Shown one piece after another: positions 1 to 9,859 of a stretch of 64,000 nt of DNA. Source of the DNA: an uncultured Candidatus Rokubacteria bacterium (GTDB lineage Bacteria > Methylomirabilota > Methylomirabilia > Rokubacteriales > CSP1-6). The translations under genes and the position numbers were made by a program. The first letter of the stretch is position 1; the number at the start of each line of letters is the position of its first letter. The stretch is from positions 544,001-608,000 of the forward strand of contig CAVXJS010000014.1 of the NCBI GenBank assembly GCA_963762145.1, given 5' to 3'. The notes beneath the pieces were generated by a model. It did not search any database and had not been told where the DNA came from. It saw nothing but the letters and a program-made list of their open reading frames with translations.

Positions 1-449
1 CCGACGTTGGCGCCGATCTCGACCGCGGGAAAGCGCAGCACGGTGGTCACGCGCTCCAGCTCCTTCACGGCCAGGTCGGGCGCCTGCAGCGGCAGCCCGC
101 CCGCGCCGAGGAAGCGCGCGGGGCTCCGGCCGACCAGCTCCGCGATCGCGTCGTTCTGCATCCGGCACCACTCGGCCGCCGCGGGGCCGGGCGCCCAGTA
201 GCAGAAGGTCGGCGGGGCGGGGGAGAGGAGCTGGCGATCCACGCCGGTCCGGTCCATCTGCTCGAGGCGGCGCGCGGGGTCGAAGGCGTGCGGCGTGAGG
301 TTGCGGTTGAACGTCGCGCCCAGGTAGAGCTTGCACCCGGTGGCCGGGTCGCCCTCGAGCCGCGGCCAGCGGTCGCCGCCGTGGCGCGCCGCGAAGTCCG
401 GCCAGCCGCTCGCGAAGATGTGCGTGTGCACGTCGATCGGTCCGGTCAT
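1..449 (-). CDS. Amidohydrolase_2 family protein, ACMSD (aminocarboxymuconate-semialdehyde decarboxylase)-like; 3' end runs off the window
   Basis: Not in the ORF track. Manual translation from ATG at 449 gives MTGPIDVHTHIFASGWPDFAARHGG...QMDRTGVDRQLLSPAP...QNDAIAELV...RFLGAGGLPLQAPDLAVKELER, with an HxH metal motif. ATGA overlap with the upstream gene. Confidence 0.85.
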   Translation of the reverse strand, partial: MTGPIDVHTHIFASGWPDFAARHGGDRWPRLEGDPATGCKLYLGATFNRNLTPHAFDPARRLEQMDRTGVDRQLLSPAPPTFCYWAPGPAAAEWCRMQNDAIAELVGRSPARFLGAGGLPLQAPDLAVKELERVTTVLRFPAVEIGANV

Positions 450-1942
450 GCGCCCTCCGCCAGGCCGCGCAGCCGCTCCAGCAGCCTGACCAGCCCCCAC
501 GTGTCCTGATGGCAGTACGCGAGCAGATCCGCGCGCAGCCGTGCCCGCTCCCCCGGCTCCATCTCGTCCCCGTGGAAGAGCAGGCGCCCCAGCTCGAGGC
601 TCGCGGTCTCACCCTCGGCGATCGCGAGCCCACGATAGCTCATCTCGGGCACCAGCGCGGGCAGCACGCGCTTGAGCGAGAAGGCGCCGCCGAAGTCCGG
701 ATGATAAACGTGATTGCGCACCACCGGCAACAGGTCCACCAGGCGCGCGGCGAGGGCCTCGAGCGGCGCGGCCAGGCCCGGCAGCGCCGCCGCGAGCTCC
801 CGGATCCGGTCGCGCTCGAAGCGCGCGTTGTACGCCACGATGGGGTGGGCGCCCTCGCACGCGGCGAGCAGGCGCGCGGCCAGCGCCGGGCGCGGGTCGC
901 CGGGCCCCTCCGCGAGCCAATCGTGGGCCTGCAGGGCGCCGCGTCCGTCCGGCACCTGCGCGCTGAACTGCACCGGCACCTGGTCGTAGGGGTGGCAGCC
1001 GCTCCACACCGGAATGGCCAGGCCGACCGTCTCGAAGTCGAGGAAGGCCACCGGAGGCGTGAACGGGGCGAGCGCGGCGGACAGGGTCGGCTCGACGATC
1101 ATCCGCCCGGCCTGCACCGCCCGGCGCTGCCGGTCGGCGGCGGCCCCGAGGGCGAAATCCTCGGGCAGATCGAAGATGGTGCGGTAGCCGAGCTCGTCCA
1201 GCTCGAACGCGCGCCGTCGCATCGCGTAGAGCGTGCTCACGTGATGCGGCGGCAGCACCGGCCAGCAGCGCTCGGTGAACGGGCACTCGTAGGGCGACGA
1301 GCAGTGCGGGCCGGTGGCCACGTACGGCAGGGGGCCCGCGAGCATGGCGGTCATCGCCACGACCTCGCCGGGGACCGCGGCCAGGCGCGCCTCGACCAGC
1401 TCGGTGACGTCGGCCCGCGTGAAGAGATTGCTCAGGTCGGGGTACGCGCAGGCACGGTTGAGGTGCATGACCTCCATGCGGACGACGTCGATGCCGCTCC
1501 GGCGCAGCACGTGGGTCTGGACCGCCACGTCGGGCAGGTGCTGCGCCTTCACGCTCGTGGTGGACTTGACCTCGATCAGGCGGAAGCCGCCCTCCACGCG
1601 CTCCAGGATATCCACCGAGACGAAGACACCGTCGGCGCGGAAGGCGGCCTCGTAGACCGCGGGGGCGCCCTGGGCGAGGGCACGCCGGGTGTCCTCGAGC
1701 CGCTGCTCGTAGGCGTTGTGCGGGAGGTCCACGAGCACGCCCCCCGGCACGTAGGTCCGGGCCAGGGCGCCCACCCGGTGGCCCTGGTCGTAGACGGCCT
1801 GAAGCGCGTCGTCCACGTCGAGCTCGGCCGCGGCCGGCTCGTGCGCCGTCCACCAGAGCAGTCTGTGGCACTGCAGTCCCGCCATGACGCGGGACTTGGA
1901 GAGACCGGGCGCCCGGGCGGGGTCAGGCGGAGACGCCGCCAC
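446..1942 (-). CDS. DUF2779 domain protein: PD-(D/E)xK nuclease domain plus RNase H-like/DEDD exonuclease domain
   Basis: LSKS..GLQC N-terminus, VDIL...IEVKS nuclease motif, HCSSPYECPF..RC Cys cluster, and FLDFET / YNARFE / YCHQD exonuclease motifs. Confidence 0.85.
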   Translation of the reverse strand: MAASPPDPARAPGLSKSRVMAGLQCHRLLWWTAHEPAAAELDVDDALQAVYDQGHRVGALARTYVPGGVLVDLPHNAYEQRLEDTRRALAQGAPAVYEAAFRADGVFVSVDILERVEGGFRLIEVKSTTSVKAQHLPDVAVQTHVLRRSGIDVVRMEVMHLNRACAYPDLSNLFTRADVTELVEARLAAVPGEVVAMTAMLAGPLPYVATGPHCSSPYECPFTERCWPVLPPHHVSTLYAMRRRAFELDELGYRTIFDLPEDFALGAAADRQRRAVQAGRMIVEPTLSAALAPFTPPVAFLDFETVGLAIPVWSGCHPYDQVPVQFSAQVPDGRGALQAHDWLAEGPGDPRPALAARLLAACEGAHPIVAYNARFERDRIRELAAALPGLAAPLEALAARLVDLLPVVRNHVYHPDFGGAFSLKRVLPALVPEMSYRGLAIAEGETASLELGRLLFHGDEMEPGERARLRADLLAYCHQDTWGLVRLLERLRGLAEGA

Positions 1943-1951
1943 GCTCCGGGC

Positions 1952-2200
1952 TCAGCGGAAGAAGCCCATCGCCCGCAGGATCGCGATCAGGATCACCGCC
2001 CCGAGCAGCGAGACGATGAAGCTGCCGACAGAGCCGATCGCGGCGATGCCGAACGCCCCCGCCACCCAGTGCCCCAGGACGGAGCCCACGATGCCGACGA
2101 CGATGTTCGCGATCAGCCCCATCTGGGCGTTGGTCTTCATGATGAGGCTGCCAAGCCATCCGATGATCCCGCCGATGATGATGGCCACGATGAAGCTCAT
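1952..2200 (-). CDS. GlsB/YeaQ/YmgE (transglycosylase-associated) small membrane protein
   Basis: 82 aa, IIIGGIIGWLGSLIMK...GLIANIVVGIVGS signature, GAGGAGG RBS upstream of ATG 2200. Confidence 0.9.
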   Translation of the reverse strand: MSFIVAIIIGGIIGWLGSLIMKTNAQMGLIANIVVGIVGSVLGHWVAGAFGIAAIGSVGSFIVSLLGAVILIAILRAMGFFR

Positions 2201-2327
2201 GGATTGTGCCCTCCTCGGGGAAGTCTGAGCGGGCCGACGGTCGCGGCGACGGTAACACAGCCTCCGCGCGCCGGGCCGGCCAATGTATACTCCCGCCACA
2301 GAGCAGCCGCCCAAGGGAGGGCCGACC

Positions 2328-3311
2328 ATGGCGACGCAGATGACCGAGCCGCGGATGGACCTGGAGCAGCACCTCCACATGTACCGTCAGATGGCCAAGA
2401 TCCGCGCCTTCGAGGAGCAGGTGAACGAGCTCTACAAGGGCGCGAAGATGCCCGGCCTGGCCCACCTGTACGTCGGCGAGGAAGCGGTCGCGGTCGGGGT
2501 CTGCGAGGCGCTCAAGCGCGACGACTACATCACCAGCACGCACCGCGGCCACGGCCACTGCCTGGCCAAGGGCGCCTCGGTGAGCCGGATGTTCGCCGAG
2601 CTGCTGGGCAAGGAGGCGGGCTACTGCCGGGGCAAGGGCGGCTCGATGCACATCGCGGATCCCGAGACCGGGAACCTCGGCGCCAACGCGATCGTGGGCG
2701 GCTCCGCCGGCCTCGCCACCGGCGCCGCGCTCTCGGCCAAGATGCGCAAGAGCGGCCAGGTCGCGGTGTGCTTCTTCGGCGACGGCGCGCTGGGGCAGGG
2801 CCTGCTCTACGAGGCCATGAACATGGCCTCGCTCTGGAAGCTGCCCGTCATCTATGTCTGCGAGAACAACCTCTACGGCGAGTACACCCCCGGCACCGAG
2901 ACGATCGGCGGCGAGATTCTGTCCCGCCCCCGCGCGATGGGCGTGCACGCCGAGAGCGTGGACGGCCAGGACGTGCAGGCGGTGCACGCCACGATGAAGC
3001 GTCTGGTGGAGCGGGCGCGCCGCGGCGAGGGCCCCGCCTTCCTCGAGTGCAAGACCTACCGGTACTACGGCCACCACGTGGGCGACGTGAACCGGGAGTA
3101 CCGCACCCGCGACGAGGAGCGGGACTGGATGACCAACCGCGACCCGCTCGAGACGCTGTCCACGCGGCTCATGCAGCAGCGGCTCGCCGAGCAGTCCGTC
3201 TTCGACCGCATCCAGGCGGACGTGAAGACCGAGATCGAGAGCGGCGTGCAGTACGCGCTGGCCGCCCCGTACCCCGCCCCGGGCCAGGTGGACGAGGATG
3301 TCTACGCCTGA
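2328..3311 (+). CDS. TPP-dependent 2-oxoacid/acetoin dehydrogenase E1 alpha subunit (AcoA/PdhA-like)
   Basis: STHRGHGH, GKGGSMH, GDGA...ENN TPP motif, TYRYYGH. GGAGG RBS before ATG 2328. Confidence 0.93.
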   Translation: MATQMTEPRMDLEQHLHMYRQMAKIRAFEEQVNELYKGAKMPGLAHLYVGEEAVAVGVCEALKRDDYITSTHRGHGHCLAKGASVSRMFAELLGKEAGYCRGKGGSMHIADPETGNLGANAIVGGSAGLATGAALSAKMRKSGQVAVCFFGDGALGQGLLYEAMNMASLWKLPVIYVCENNLYGEYTPGTETIGGEILSRPRAMGVHAESVDGQDVQAVHATMKRLVERARRGEGPAFLECKTYRYYGHHVGDVNREYRTRDEERDWMTNRDPLETLSTRLMQQRLAEQSVFDRIQADVKTEIESGVQYALAAPYPAPGQVDEDVYA

Positions 3312-4569
3312 CGGCGAGCCCCGCGCCCGCATCGACTACAAGGCGCTGGTGCAGGACGATCGCATCCACGCCTCGCTCTACACCGACCCGCGCATCTTCG
3401 CCGACGAGATGGAGCGGATCTTTCACCGCGGGTGGGTCTTCGTCGGCCACGCCAGCGAGATCCCGCGCCCGGGCGACTACGTCACCCGCCGCATCGGGGC
3501 CCAGCCGGTCATCATGGTCCGCGGCCGCGCGGGGCAGGTCTCGGTCTTCGTCAACCGCTGCCGGCACCGCGGCACCATGCTCTGCCCGGCCGAGCGCGGC
3601 CATGCCCGCACGTTCGCCTGCCCCTATCACGGCTGGACGTACGATGTCGACGGCGCGCTCACCGGCGTGCCCTACCCGGGCGGCTACGCCGCGCTGGACC
3701 GGAGCGAGTACGGCCTCGAGCCGGCCGCGCGCGTGTCGAGCTACCGGGGCTTCGTCTTCGCGTCGTTCGCGGCCTCCGGCATCACGCTCCTCGAGCACCT
3801 GGGGGCCGCGACCCGGCTGATCGACCGCTCGTGCGATCTCTCCCCCACGGGGGAGATCGAGCTGACCGCGGGCTGGGTGAAGCATCGCTGCGCGGCCAAC
3901 TGGAAGACGCTGCCCGAGAACGACAGCGACGGCTATCACCTGGGCTTCGTGCACCTCGCGCTCTTCAAGACGGTGCGCATGCAGTACCAGCGGGTGGTCG
4001 GCGACGAGAAGGCCATCAAGGCGGTGGTGCGCGACTGGGGCCACGGCCACATCGAGATCGACTGGTCCCCCGGCTACCAGGGCCCGTTCGAGTGGTTCGG
4101 CGGGGCGTCGGGCCCGGTGGTCGCGGACTTCGTAGCCGCGCTCGAGCGCCGCGACGGGCCGGAGCTGGCGCGGCAGCGGATCATGCAGGGCCCCGCGCAC
4201 GCGCTCATCTTCCCGAACCTCTTCCTCGGGGAAACCAACATCGCGATCGTCGAGCCGGTGGACGTCGAGGAGTGCGTGCACTGGCACACCCCGATGTTCT
4301 GGAAGGGCGTGCCCGAGTTCAACGGCCGCCTGCTGCGCATGGCCGAGGCGGGCATGGGCCCCGCGTCGTTCCTGATGCCGGAGGACCTGATCATCGCGAC
4401 CCGGAATCAGCAGGGGCTGCGCGCGCGTACCCCGGAGTGGCTGCTGCTGAGCCGGGGGCTGAACCGCGAGTACACCGACGACCAGGGCCGGGCGGTCTCC
4501 CACGTCACCGACGAGACCACGAACCGGGCGCTCTGGCGGCACTATCGCGCGGTGATGACCGAGGCGTAG
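3298..4569 (+). CDS. Rieske aromatic ring-hydroxylating dioxygenase alpha subunit
   Basis: CRHRG...CPYHGW Rieske motif and ENDSDGYHLGFVH mononuclear Fe motif. Overlaps E1alpha by 14 bp. Confidence 0.93.
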   Translation: MSTPDGEPRARIDYKALVQDDRIHASLYTDPRIFADEMERIFHRGWVFVGHASEIPRPGDYVTRRIGAQPVIMVRGRAGQVSVFVNRCRHRGTMLCPAERGHARTFACPYHGWTYDVDGALTGVPYPGGYAALDRSEYGLEPAARVSSYRGFVFASFAASGITLLEHLGAATRLIDRSCDLSPTGEIELTAGWVKHRCAANWKTLPENDSDGYHLGFVHLALFKTVRMQYQRVVGDEKAIKAVVRDWGHGHIEIDWSPGYQGPFEWFGGASGPVVADFVAALERRDGPELARQRIMQGPAHALIFPNLFLGETNIAIVEPVDVEECVHWHTPMFWKGVPEFNGRLLRMAEAGMGPASFLMPEDLIIATRNQQGLRARTPEWLLLSRGLNREYTDDQGRAVSHVTDETTNRALWRHYRAVMTEA

Positions 4570-4583
4570 CGCGCGCCGCCCCG

Positions 4584-5075
4584 ATGGTCAGCGAGCAGGA
4601 CCACCGGGCGGTCGTCGGGTTCCTGTACCGGGAGGCGCGCCTGGCCGACGAGGCCCGCTACGCCGAGTGGCTCGCGCTCTGGACCGAGGACGCGGTGTAC
4701 TGGGTGCCGGCCAGCCCCGATCCCGACGCGGATCCGGAGACGCGCATCTCGCACATCTACGACAACCGCGCACGCCTCGAGACCCGGATCAGGCTGCTGC
4801 AGACCGGCCACCGCTACAGCCAGGAGCCCGCGTCGCTGATGCGGCGGCTCGTCTCCAACATCGAGGTGGAGGAAGGGCAGGACGGCGAGCTCGTGGCGGG
4901 CTCGAACTTCATCCTGGCCGAGCTCTCGGTGCAGGCCAAGGCGGAGATGCACTGGTGGGTGGGGCGCACCACGCATCACCTCCGACGGGTGGACGGCGCG
5001 CTGCGGATGAAGCTCAAGAAGGTGGTGCTGATCAACGCGGCGGAGCCGCTGCCGAACCTGTCGTTCCTGATCTGA
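4584..5075 (+). CDS. Aromatic ring-hydroxylating dioxygenase beta subunit
   Basis: FLYREARLADE..Y.EWL.LWTEDAVYWVP...SQEP...RRLVSN. C-terminal part of ORF 3432..5075. Confidence 0.9.
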   Translation: MVSEQDHRAVVGFLYREARLADEARYAEWLALWTEDAVYWVPASPDPDADPETRISHIYDNRARLETRIRLLQTGHRYSQEPASLMRRLVSNIEVEEGQDGELVAGSNFILAELSVQAKAEMHWWVGRTTHHLRRVDGALRMKLKKVVLINAAEPLPNLSFLI

Positions 5076-5088
5076 AGTCCCGGGGCCA

Positions 5089-5127
5089 CCCCCTCACCCT
5101 GCCCTCTCCCCCTCACGGGGGAGAGGG
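5089..5127 (+). repeat. Palindromic repeat family A, copy 1 (REP-like, possible bidirectional terminator)
   Basis: CCCCCTCACCCTG tail plus CCCTCTCCCCC-TCAC-GGGGGAGAGGG hairpin between convergent genes. Confidence 0.85.
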
Positions 5128-5138
5128 AGGAGCGCAGG

Positions 5139-6332
5139 CTAGGTCGCGCCGTCGGCGGCGAGCGCGCGGATCTGCTCCTCGGTGTAGCCCAGCTCGGCGA
5201 GGATCTCGTCGCGGTGCTGGCCCAGCAGCGGCGACGGGCCGATCGTGGTCGGCGAGGCGGAGAGCTTGATCGGGTTGCCCACCGTCACGTAGCGCCCGCG
5301 CACCGGGTGCTCGACCTCCACGATCATCTCGCGCGCGAGCAGGTGCGGATCGGCCAGGACCTCGCCGGTGTCCAGGCAGGCCCCGCACGGCACCCCGGCC
5401 TCGCCCAGGATCTTCATCACGTCGTGCTTCGGGCGCTCGGACGTCCAGCCTTCTATGAACTGGTTTACCTCGTCGCGGTGAGTCCAGCGCGCGTCCGGCG
5501 CCTCGTAGCGCGCGTCGCCGATCAGGTCCTCGCGGCCGATCGCGCGGAGCAGCGGATGCCACATCTGCTGCTGCACGAAGATGAACACGTAGTCGTTGGG
5601 GCCGCCCGGGTGGCAGCGGTACGTCGTGCCCGGCACGCCCGCCCCGAGCTGGTTGCCGGTGCGCTCCATGACCTTGCCGAAGCGCTGGTGGTCCCGCAGG
5701 CTGACCCGGATGAGATTCACCACCGCGTCCTGCATGGATACCTCGACCCGCTGTCCCTGGCCGCTGGCGTGACGCTGCATCAGCGCGGCGAGGATGCCGA
5801 TCACGCAGTGCATGCCGGTGCCGGAGTCGCCGATGGACGGCCACGCGAAGGTGGGCGGACCGCCCGGAAAGCCGGTGACGCTCATGGCCCCGCCCATCGC
5901 CTGGGCGATCGGCTCGTAGCTCTTGTAGTCGCGATAGGGTCCGTAGGAGCCGAAGCCCTTGATGCTCGCGTAGACCAGGCGCGGGTTGAGCGCGCGGACC
6001 GCGTCGTACCCGAAGCCCAGGCGCTCGATGACGCCGGGCCCGAAGTTCTCCAGCAGCACGTCCGCCTTCCCGAGCAGCGCGCGGAAGACCTCCTGGCCGC
6101 GCGCGTGCTTCAAGTTGAGCGTCAGGCTCCGCTTGTTGGCGTTGAAGGACAGAAAGAACAGCGCGTCCTCCCCGGGCCGGTCGCGCTGGGAGTACCGGGC
6201 CACGTCGCCCTTGCCCGGCTCCTCGACCTTGATCACGTCGGCGCCCAGCCACGCCAGCATCTGGCCGCACGAGGGCCCCGCCTGGTTGTTCGTCACGTCG
6301 ACAACTCGGATGCCTGCGAGCGCCTTGTCCAT
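5139..6332 (-). CDS. Family III CoA-transferase (CaiB/BaiF), formyl-CoA transferase-like
   Basis: QAGPSC, LAWLGADVIKVE, NANKRS, ENFGPG and catalytic IGDSGTGMH. Start set at MDKAL (6332). Confidence 0.9.
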   Translation of the reverse strand: MDKALAGIRVVDVTNNQAGPSCGQMLAWLGADVIKVEEPGKGDVARYSQRDRPGEDALFFLSFNANKRSLTLNLKHARGQEVFRALLGKADVLLENFGPGVIERLGFGYDAVRALNPRLVYASIKGFGSYGPYRDYKSYEPIAQAMGGAMSVTGFPGGPPTFAWPSIGDSGTGMHCVIGILAALMQRHASGQGQRVEVSMQDAVVNLIRVSLRDHQRFGKVMERTGNQLGAGVPGTTYRCHPGGPNDYVFIFVQQQMWHPLLRAIGREDLIGDARYEAPDARWTHRDEVNQFIEGWTSERPKHDVMKILGEAGVPCGACLDTGEVLADPHLLAREMIVEVEHPVRGRYVTVGNPIKLSASPTTIGPSPLLGQHRDEILAELGYTEEQIRALAADGAT

Positions 6333-6427
6333 AGGCCGCATGCTTACCACAGCCGCCGGTGCGGGTCGAGGCCCGCGCTTGACGAGCCCGCCGGCGCGGC
6401 GCACCCTGCGCCCGATGCGTGAGCCCG

Positions 6428-8137
6428 ATGCGTGACAGGAACGATGCCCGCGCGCTCGCGGTGGTCGAGCGCCTGGCCGCCCAGGGCGCCGACGAGCCGG
6501 GCGTCGCGGTGTCGGTGATCCGCGGCGGCGACGTCATCGTGCGGCGGTACGCCGGGCTGGCCGGCCTCGAGCCCCGGATCCCGATCGGTCCGGCGACCCG
6601 CTTCCACATCGTCTCGGTCTCGAAGACGTTCGTGGCCGCGGCGGTGCTCGTGCTGGCCTCGCGCGGGGCGCTGCGCCTCGACGACGACGTCCGGCGATAT
6701 ATTCCAGAGCTGCCGGGGCCAGGGCCGGACGGGCCAGCGCCGGCCCGCGCGGTCCCGGTGACGATCCGGCATCTGCTGTCGATGACGAGCGGCCTGCGGG
6801 ACGTGCTCGAGATCGAGCGGCTGCGCGGCGTCTGGACGTCCGCCCCGTCGAGGACGCGGGAGCTGCTCGACCTGGCGTACCGGCAGACCGCGGCGAGCGC
6901 GTCGCCCGGCGCGCAGTACATGTACGCGAACGTGAACGTCCTGCTCCTGGACGAGCTGATCGCGCGCGCGAGCGGCATGCCCGCCGACGCCTTCCGGCGC
7001 TCCGCGCTCTACGAGCCCCTCGGTCTGGCCGCGACGATGGCGCGCCCCCACGACGGGCTCCGCATGCCGGACCTGGCCGAGCCCTACGTGCCGGATGGCC
7101 GCGGCGGGTGGTCCCGGTCCCACGATCTCCTCGGCATCGCGGCCGACCCCCTCACGACCACGCTCGACGACCTCACCCGCTGGCTCCTGGCCCTGCGGAC
7201 CGGCACGGTGAACGGGGTCGCGGTGACCGCCGCGATGGCCGATCGGACGCGGTTGCAGGACGGCACGCCGATCCACTACGGGCTCGGCCTGGCGGTGCGG
7301 CGCTATCGCGGGCTGACCGTGCTCTGCCACACCGGCAGCCAGCCCGGATACAAGGCCCACGTCGCCTACGTCCCGGCGCGCGACCTCGGGGTCGTGATTC
7401 TCTCGAACCGGGAAGACACGCAACCGGCGGCGCTGGCCGCGTCGATCATGGCGGCGCTGATCGGCGACGACTTTCCCGGGCCGCACCCGGCCGGCGCGGC
7501 CGGCCGGCGCTCCCGGCAGATGACGGCCGCGGAGCGGTCAGCGGTGGAAGGCGGCTACGTGAACGTCGAGACCGGGGAATGGGCGACGGTCGCCGTCGAG
7601 GGCGGCGTCCTCCGGGCGGAGACCCTGGGCGACCCGCTGGTGCTCTACGACGAGGGCGGCGGCGTGTTCCGGGACGGTGACGACTACCGGGCCACGGTGC
7701 CCGCCGAGCTCCGGATCGAGCACGGCCCGCGCCCGGGCGACGTCACCGCGCGCCTGGATCTGGGCGGCCAGCGCATCGCGCTGCGCCGGTGCGGCGCGCC
7801 TCGCTATGCCGCCGAGGTGCTCGGGGCCTTCGCCGGCCGCTACGAGAGCGCGGAGATCGCCAGCCGGCACGCGATCCGGGCCCAGGATGGCGCGCTGACC
7901 GTCGAGTACGGTTCCGGCGTGGACCACGCGCGGCGGTTCGCGATGGAGCCTATCGCACCGGACATCTTCCTCGTCCGCCCGACGGCTCCGGGCATCGCGT
8001 ACCGGCACGTGTTCCGGTTCGAGCGCGACCCCGACGGAGCCGTCGTGAGCGCTGTCGTGACCATGGAGCGACTGAAAGGCGTGAGGCTCCGGCGCGTGCC
8101 CGGCTACTTGCCCTCCAGCGCGGCGAGCGGCGCGTAG
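6428..8137 (+). CDS. Serine hydrolase, beta-lactamase/D-aminopeptidase family with C-terminal extension
   Basis: SVSK (SxxK), YAN (YxN), HTG motifs and LLSMTSG. Confidence 0.85.
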   Translation: MRDRNDARALAVVERLAAQGADEPGVAVSVIRGGDVIVRRYAGLAGLEPRIPIGPATRFHIVSVSKTFVAAAVLVLASRGALRLDDDVRRYIPELPGPGPDGPAPARAVPVTIRHLLSMTSGLRDVLEIERLRGVWTSAPSRTRELLDLAYRQTAASASPGAQYMYANVNVLLLDELIARASGMPADAFRRSALYEPLGLAATMARPHDGLRMPDLAEPYVPDGRGGWSRSHDLLGIAADPLTTTLDDLTRWLLALRTGTVNGVAVTAAMADRTRLQDGTPIHYGLGLAVRRYRGLTVLCHTGSQPGYKAHVAYVPARDLGVVILSNREDTQPAALAASIMAALIGDDFPGPHPAGAAGRRSRQMTAAERSAVEGGYVNVETGEWATVAVEGGVLRAETLGDPLVLYDEGGGVFRDGDDYRATVPAELRIEHGPRPGDVTARLDLGGQRIALRRCGAPRYAAEVLGAFAGRYESAEIASRHAIRAQDGALTVEYGSGVDHARRFAMEPIAPDIFLVRPTAPGIAYRHVFRFERDPDGAVVSAVVTMERLKGVRLRRVPGYLPSSAASGA

Positions 8138-9708
8138 TCCGCGGTGGTGCCGTGCCCGCCCGCGAACTTCGCGGGCGCGATGCCCGCCTTCTTCACGCCG
8201 GTCACCAGCGAGGTCAGGGCCGGGTTCAGCTTGTCCGGCAGCGGACCGGCGCCGGGGCTCCAGATATCGGTCACGAAGCCGAGCTTGACGTCGGCGACGT
8301 AGCCGATCAGCAGGCCGTCCGCGTGCGGGTTGGGGTCGAGCACGTAGAGCTCCACCTGGCGCGTTCCGTCGGTCAGCACGTGCTTGCCGGTCACCTCGAC
8401 GATCGGGGTGCGGGTGAGGTCGCTCGCGGTCATCACCGGGTTGCGCGTGAACGGCGCGGCGAGCACGCTCTTGTAGTGGGCGGCGGTGCCCTGGCCGGCG
8501 ACGATGGTGGCCCCCGCGTCGGCGTAGGCGCGCAGGCCGCCCGCGTGGTCCATGTGGTGGTGCGTGAGCACGAGGTACTTGACCGGCTTGCGCACGTACT
8601 TGCCCCGCGCGGCGCTGATCGTCCAGGTGGACTGCCAGTCCGAGACGGGAGCGTCGAACACGATCACGTAGTCCTTCATCTCGACGATCAGGCTGTTGTG
8701 CGAGCCGCCCACCACGTGCTGGACGCCGGGGGCCAGCTCCTCGAGCTTCAACCCGGGCGAGGCCTGCGTATCGTAGCTCGGCTGGTCCGAGTCGAGGTAC
8801 GTGCCGATGAACTGCCGCCGGATGATCCACTGGTACGGCACCCCGGCCGCCGCGGCCCGTCGGGCGGTGGCCAGGAAGGGGGCGGGGATCGCGAAGCGGT
8901 CCGCCGCGACGGGCGTGTTCACGGTGATGTCGCTGAGCTTCACGTCCATCACGGTGCGGCCGTTCAGCTCGTACTTGCGGGACGCCGCGATGCGGGTCGT
9001 CCCCACCGTCTGCCAGTCGGCCAGCACCAGGTCCCAGGTCACGTCGCCCCAGATGTTGTCGTAATCGAGCGCGCGCACGCGGGCGGGCAGCCCGGTGGCG
9101 GGGTCGAAGAGGACGGTGAGGGTATGGCCGCCCACCCGGTAGTCCACCGCGGGATGGGAGACGCCGCCGACGGTCACGCTCGGCGCGCCGGCGACGCGGT
9201 CCGGGCTCTTCGACATGTCGAACGCGAGCAGGGGCGAGGCGGCGAGCAGCTCGCGCTGGACGGTGGCGAGCCGGAGGCTCGACATCGAGTGCGCCGGCGG
9301 GGTCGCCTCGCGGCTCTGCTTGGTGCGGCCGTTGCTGTCGATGCCGGCCACGTAGCCGGCCTCGGGCGTCACGATCTCGGTGAACGTGAAGGTGCGCGGG
9401 GCCGGGTACTGGAAGTTGCGCACCCAGTCCATCCGCGTGGCGCCCGCGGCCACGTCGGTGACCGCGACCACCGTCGAGTCGCCGGCCAGGCGCATCTCGC
9501 CGCCGGCCTTGGCGGACTGCTCGGGCTCCCACTGCCGCACGGTCGCCTTGTAGGAGATGGTCTTGACCGCGGCGAGCGCGTCGGCGCCGCCCTGGGCCGT
9601 GACGGCGCGGGTCACGAGGTCCTTGCCGCCGGACTGCATGGACGCGCAGGCCGCGACCACCATCGAGACCGCCAGCGACACCACGAGCATCTTCGAGAAG
9701 CGCTTCAT
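8104..9708 (-). CDS. MBL-fold metallo-hydrolase, probable lipoprotein
   Basis: Signal peptide with VAAC lipobox, THHHMDH motif, GGHG. GGGAG RBS. Confidence 0.85.
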   Translation of the reverse strand: MKRFSKMLVVSLAVSMVVAACASMQSGGKDLVTRAVTAQGGADALAAVKTISYKATVRQWEPEQSAKAGGEMRLAGDSTVVAVTDVAAGATRMDWVRNFQYPAPRTFTFTEIVTPEAGYVAGIDSNGRTKQSREATPPAHSMSSLRLATVQRELLAASPLLAFDMSKSPDRVAGAPSVTVGGVSHPAVDYRVGGHTLTVLFDPATGLPARVRALDYDNIWGDVTWDLVLADWQTVGTTRIAASRKYELNGRTVMDVKLSDITVNTPVAADRFAIPAPFLATARRAAAAGVPYQWIIRRQFIGTYLDSDQPSYDTQASPGLKLEELAPGVQHVVGGSHNSLIVEMKDYVIVFDAPVSDWQSTWTISAARGKYVRKPVKYLVLTHHHMDHAGGLRAYADAGATIVAGQGTAAHYKSVLAAPFTRNPVMTASDLTRTPIVEVTGKHVLTDGTRQVELYVLDPNPHADGLLIGYVADVKLGFVTDIWSPGAGPLPDKLNPALTSLVTGVKKAGIAPAKFAGGHGTTADYAPLAALEGK

Positions 9709-9741
9709 GGGTTCTCCCTCCCGGGAAGTGTGGGTGGCGGC

Positions 9742-9771
9742 ACAGTACCCGGGCGCGCGCGGAACTGTCAA
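9742..9771 (-). promoter_or_regulatory. Putative sigma70 promoter for the MBL gene
   Basis: Minus strand reads TTGACA-N18-TACTGT about 35 bp upstream of the start codon. Confidence 0.5.
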
Positions 9772-9859
9772 GCCGGCGCCCCCCACCGCACGCCGAGAGC
9801 GTGATCTTGCGATAGGATATGCGCCGGACGGCAGGCCGAGGACGCGTGGGGGATAGCGT

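Noticed and set aside
8104-8137. 34-bp convergent overlap of the serine hydrolase and MBL genes as an antisense regulatory system
   Set aside because: Short 3' overlaps are common in high-GC genomes and nothing else supports a function.
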